Below, in pieces: positions 59,880-64,000 of a stretch of 64,000 nucleotides of DNA. This stretch comes from Lytechinus pictus (lineage: Eukaryota), in NCBI RefSeq assembly GCF_037042905.1, contig NC_087245.1, positions 33,172,001 through 33,236,000 on the forward strand, written 5' to 3'. How positions within the stretch are numbered: position 1 is the first letter of the stretch; every line of letters starts with the position of its first letter. Made by a program: the position numbers and the translations under genes. The notes beneath the pieces are model-generated. The model made no database searches. It saw only the letters and a list, made by a program, of their open reading frames with translations, and had not been told where the DNA came from.

Positions 59880-61568
59880 AGGTGGTCTGTCTATGACAGA
59901 TCACCTATTGATTTCGCCAGAATTTTCTTTATTCTTTATTCTTTATTCTTTATTTATTTTTATTTCTTCCGTACACTTTTTTGTACACACGTTCACTCGA
60001 ATTCGACATGGTCAATTTCCTTCAAATTTCTGTCAAACATCAAGCCCTATGATTTCAAGTAAAATCAACTTTTTCAAGGTCATCAAGTCATCGTGACATC
60101 ATCCAGGCGCCATTTTGTGAAATCACATTGTCGATCATATCTCCATTATCAATTATCAAAAATCATTTAAATTAACATCACATTAACTTCAGGTCAAGGG
60201 TCAACAGGTCATGTCATCAAAGGTCACCTGAAGGTCACGACGCGCGCGTCAAAATTTTAAATTGCTCAAAATTACTTTTTGACCAAAGTAAAGTACGTTT
60301 CAGGTCATTTTAAGCATTTCAAAAATTTGCGCACGCACAGGTATGCGCGCGCGTTTCCGCACGTAACCCCTTCAACGCAACGCAGAAACGCCGTTTTTTT
60401 TATATCATTGCATTGATAATATAATTCTGAGCAATTTGATACCTTGATCAACCTTCTACGACCATTAATAACGAAATTAACACCCGTTAAAGTTTGCAGC
60501 ACGTGTGCGCGCGACCTCTTACTATAGGCCATATATGGGCAAAAACATGCCTATTAAAAATTCACTGTAGTTCTTTAAATAGTCCGTTGACCCCCAATTT
60601 TTTTTCATATATCGATAGAGTATGAGTTGTAGATTTGATTTCATGTCACCATTGTCCCTCAATTTGATCATGACGTCATCAAAATTGCGCCTAAACTGAA
60701 ATTTTTTTTTTTCAAAAATGACGTCATCAAATTTATGCAAATTTGATCATAACTCCGTGAATATTGATCATTTTTCGCCCAGATTTCGATATATTGTAGT
60801 TTAAAATGTACTCTTTCTCGTCAGTCATCATAAATTTTCATTTTGAAAAACGCATCATGGTGTAAAATTGCGATGAAAAGAGGCATGTCATTTTTCCTCA
60901 TTTTACGTGTAATCTCTAAGGGACATGACTTTTTCTCAAAACTAGATTCGACATTCCTCTATTTCGTGAGCTATATCTCCATTTTCTTTTGTCAGTTATC
61001 TCTGAGCTTTGAATATGTTGTAGCTGAGATTCTCAGCTTTTGGAATGTGCCCTCCATTTTTTGATCAGATGCCGGGATCATGCCCGTTTTTTGCTTGCAA
61101 AATTGGATTTGCAATTCTCAAATTTGCTTACGTGTAATCTCTATGGGAACGTGTAATCTCTATGGGGAATATCGTGGCTCAATGGATAACGCACTTGACT
61201 TGAGATTCGGGGGCGCAGGTTCGAGTCCTGGGGGTGAACAAGGTGATTTTTTTTTTCATTTTTTTTTTCTTTTTACCACCTCGTACATGATCCTTTATGG
61301 TATTTAAAAGGTATGAAAGTTAAAATTTAGCAAGATTAAACAGATTATAATTACTTTTTTCATATCACATGTATTTTCATATATCAAAGAGACCCTTTTC
61401 ACAGTTCTTTATCATCTCCCGACTTTCACAAGTATTCCATCCATAATGAACATTCCGTTGTCATCATGAAGATCATATTGATCTGCTTGAACATGGTAAT
61501 AGTGATCATGATGGCGAGAATAAGGACAGACCACCTAATTCGTCCGCATGACGAATTAAAATCTAGTT
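59877..61568 (+). mobile_element. Non-autonomous Helentron/DINE-like (HINE) element
   Basis: 5' AGGTGGTCTGTC with an adjacent partial inverted repeat GACAGATCACCT. 3' subTIR GACAGACCACCT (61525-61536), then hairpin TAATTCGTC-cgcat-GACGAATTA and a CTAGTT end. T-rich insertion site, no coding capacity. Confidence 0.72.
61164..61256 (+). ncRNA. tRNA-like/SINE-head sequence with Pol III A and B boxes inside the Helentron-like element
   Basis: A box TGGCTCAATGG (61175-61185), B box GGTTCGAGTCC (61218-61228), T-run at ~61247. The acceptor stem does not pair, so it is not a functional tRNA. Confidence 0.55.
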
Positions 61569-63029
61569 TATTATTATCTTTGTAAAATCACAAGATTTTA
61601 GCTGAAAACTGTCAACACTTGATCTCTAACAGAGAAAAGCATACGTTGGACAGTGTACTAATACTGATTGGAAAAATAACTGACATGTCATAGAATTTTG
61701 TGTTTATTTTGCTCAATTCCTCAGCAATTACACACTTCCTTTCCCAAGCCATTTGGCATATATTTTTGAAAATTTATACTTACTATCTGTTCGAAAATCA
61801 TTTTGAGATCGTTACCACAACTGGGATTTCTCTTTAATCAAGTTATAAAAAACTGTAAGGGTTAAAAACATTATTCAAATATGAATTCAAATGATGCTGT
61901 TAAATAAAGGGTCTTTTCACACGAGAATCTTGAATTATTGTAATGATGATTGAAATTCATCTTTAGAATCATCGGACCTATCACACGCTCACTCGAAAAC
62001 TGTCTGTCTGTGATTTGAATTTGAATTCCCGAGCGAAGGCAGTATTTGTCCTTAGTGACTTGTCAATCAAAGCACTGTATCGCAAATACAAACTACGATG
62101 AGTGCATGACAATTGTATAATCTATGGAAGTGCTTGAAAGGTCACGTAAGCTCCGCCCCCAAAAAAGATGTTTTGGAGGTCAAGCCTTTCACACGTAAAA
62201 TTTGTACCATAATTTGAGTGAAACTTAACTGGAATTCACCTTCGGAGTAGAATTTGAATTCGTGATTGTGATAAGCGTTCGTGATTCTAATCATGTTCTA
62301 GTTTGGTTTCACACATGCTAAAAATTCTAATTCAAATTACGATTTTTTTTTACAGTATGAAAGGGTGGAAAGTCATCTCAAGTGACAAACTTTGTGTCTC
62401 TATTAAGTAGGCCTATATGTATTTGAATACTGACTAGATGAATGAAGAAATGCAATCCCATCTAAATACTAGGAGAAAATCACAACAACATTCGTGTAGG
62501 GTTTAAGTATGTATGCTTGCAAAATATAGCAAGAATTTCACAACATAAAGACTATATAGGTATAGGATAAATCTTGGGATATATGTTCATTATAAATTTA
62601 CAATTAGTCATAGGAGCTGCAATGGTAATAACAGTCCACACTCTTTAAGGCAGCTGACAGCAGTGATGCTTATTAGAAATAAATTAACATTTTTGCCTCA
62701 AGCATTTGACATTAATAGCTTCTCCATATTGTTTTCTTCAATCAGCAAATTACTAGGAAACATTTGTATGCATCAACACTTACACTGCATTGCTGTATTG
62801 CTGAGAAGTGGATAAATTTTGCACAATTAACAGTTTGATTCCTTGTAATAGGCCTATTTGCGGTTTTATATGTATAAAAAGAACATAATCATAAATTGTA
62901 CCTGGAACATATTATCAGGATATGGATAGTAAAAGGAACAGGGAAAGAAGAAGGAAAAGGAGAAAAGTTTTATGCAACAGCAGTCAGGCAGTAGCAGCTA
63001 GATGAAGTATCTGAACTACATGTTCTAGC

Positions 63030-63111
63030 TTAAGTAGTTGTAATACTAGTAGTAGTAGTAGTAGTTATAGTAGTAGTAATAGTAGAAGTAGTAGTAGCAG
63101 CAGCAGCAGCA

Positions 63112-63190
<79 letters not shown>

Positions 63191-63245
63191 AAGCATTGAC
63201 ACCTAACATAGTGGTATTTGTATTATTAGTAGAAGTAGTAGAAAT
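63030..63245. repeat. (TAG)n/(CAG)n microsatellite
   Basis: Direct reading. Confidence 0.95.
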
Positions 63246-64000
63246 ATCACTAGTATGTATCACTGAAATATATATAAACAGTAAAATAAAATAATACTCT
63301 CACTTCACAGAATTATGATTTCTTGTAATCAAAGTATTGCAAATAACATTGGCTAAATTCAAAAGGCAAACAAAGCTCACATAATTCCGATATATACCAT
63401 AACAATATATCTATTTCATATACGACCCCAAAATAAAGAGTCAATATGATATCTTAAAAGCAATGTAAGTCAAGTAGCCAAGAAACATATGAATTGTATC
63501 AACAAATTTCTACATACAATCCAGACATGAAGTCATAAGTTGGTCTAATCTCTTGACTTTATAACAATACAACTCAAAGAAATATTTCCTTACCTTTTAA
63601 ATAAATATGTAATTAATCCATCATCCTAGCACTGCAAGCTACCCAGACACAAAAGAAAATACAAGCATAACACAAACAGAGTTGTTCACCCAAGAGAGGG
63701 AAGACTGGTAAATGATAGCTTCCCGTCTGCACTGTCCCCCTGTAGTGATAGAGTAATGGGGGTCAAGCACCCTTAGAGTTGTGATGATGCACCACTCTCG
63801 GCAGCTAGATAGACCTCATCAGCAAACTCTGCAGGAGTGAATAGCTTTCGATGTGACTCATTCACAAAATAAGCTCGCTTCTCCAAAGTTTTGAAGTTCT
63901 TCACACTTCAGCCATCAAGTCTACGACTGGAAGTTGCCTTGGAGAGATCTTTACCATATTTGCAGTAAAACCTCAAGTCCTCTATTTTACAACTTTTTTT

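Larger units (their letters stand above)
55929..61833. mobile_element. TTAA-flanked MITE split into 55929-56043 and 61578-61833 by the LINE insertion
   Basis: TTAA at 55925 and 61834 with imperfect inverted ends (TTAAAG..AAA..AGTTG / CAACT..TTTCTCTTTAA). The 3' half resembles a degraded copy at ~34884-35055. Confidence 0.55.

Noticed and set aside
63030..63263. Poly-Thr ORF
   Set aside because: (TAG)n microsatellite
63594..63960. Possible minus-strand exon ending at an AAG|GTAAGG donor
   Set aside because: No open frame from an ATG to the donor. A non-coding exon cannot be supported from sequence alone.

Overview
AT-rich animal genomic DNA. The repeat landscape is suggestive of an echinoderm, but that is inference only. 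The left 38.5 kb carry the 5' and middle part of a very large minus-strand tensin-family gene. I could chain 21 coding exons (28697 down to 542) with GT-AG boundaries and compatible phases, giving 7886 nt (~2630 aa), plus a 33-nt upstream microexon. They encode a PTEN-like phosphatase domain whose catalytic motifs are degenerate (WPN, HCKGGRGP), a C2 domain and a ~2170-aa low-complexity linker. The SH2/PTB end lies beyond position 1. The introns and upstream region hold many MITEs, tRNA-derived SINEs and simple repeats. Two structures stand out. (i) An X-Y-X-Y-X array at 31244-34582 made of a 463-bp TIR-bounded unit and a 975-bp TGTA..TACA spacer, bracketed by a single TGGA duplication. (ii) A nested stack at 55929-61833: a TTAA-flanked MITE, split by an intact single-ORF L2/CR1-type LINE with an N-terminal hydrophobic leader and 2A-like NPGP motif, whose tail is interrupted by a Helentron-like element carrying a tRNA-like Pol III cassette.
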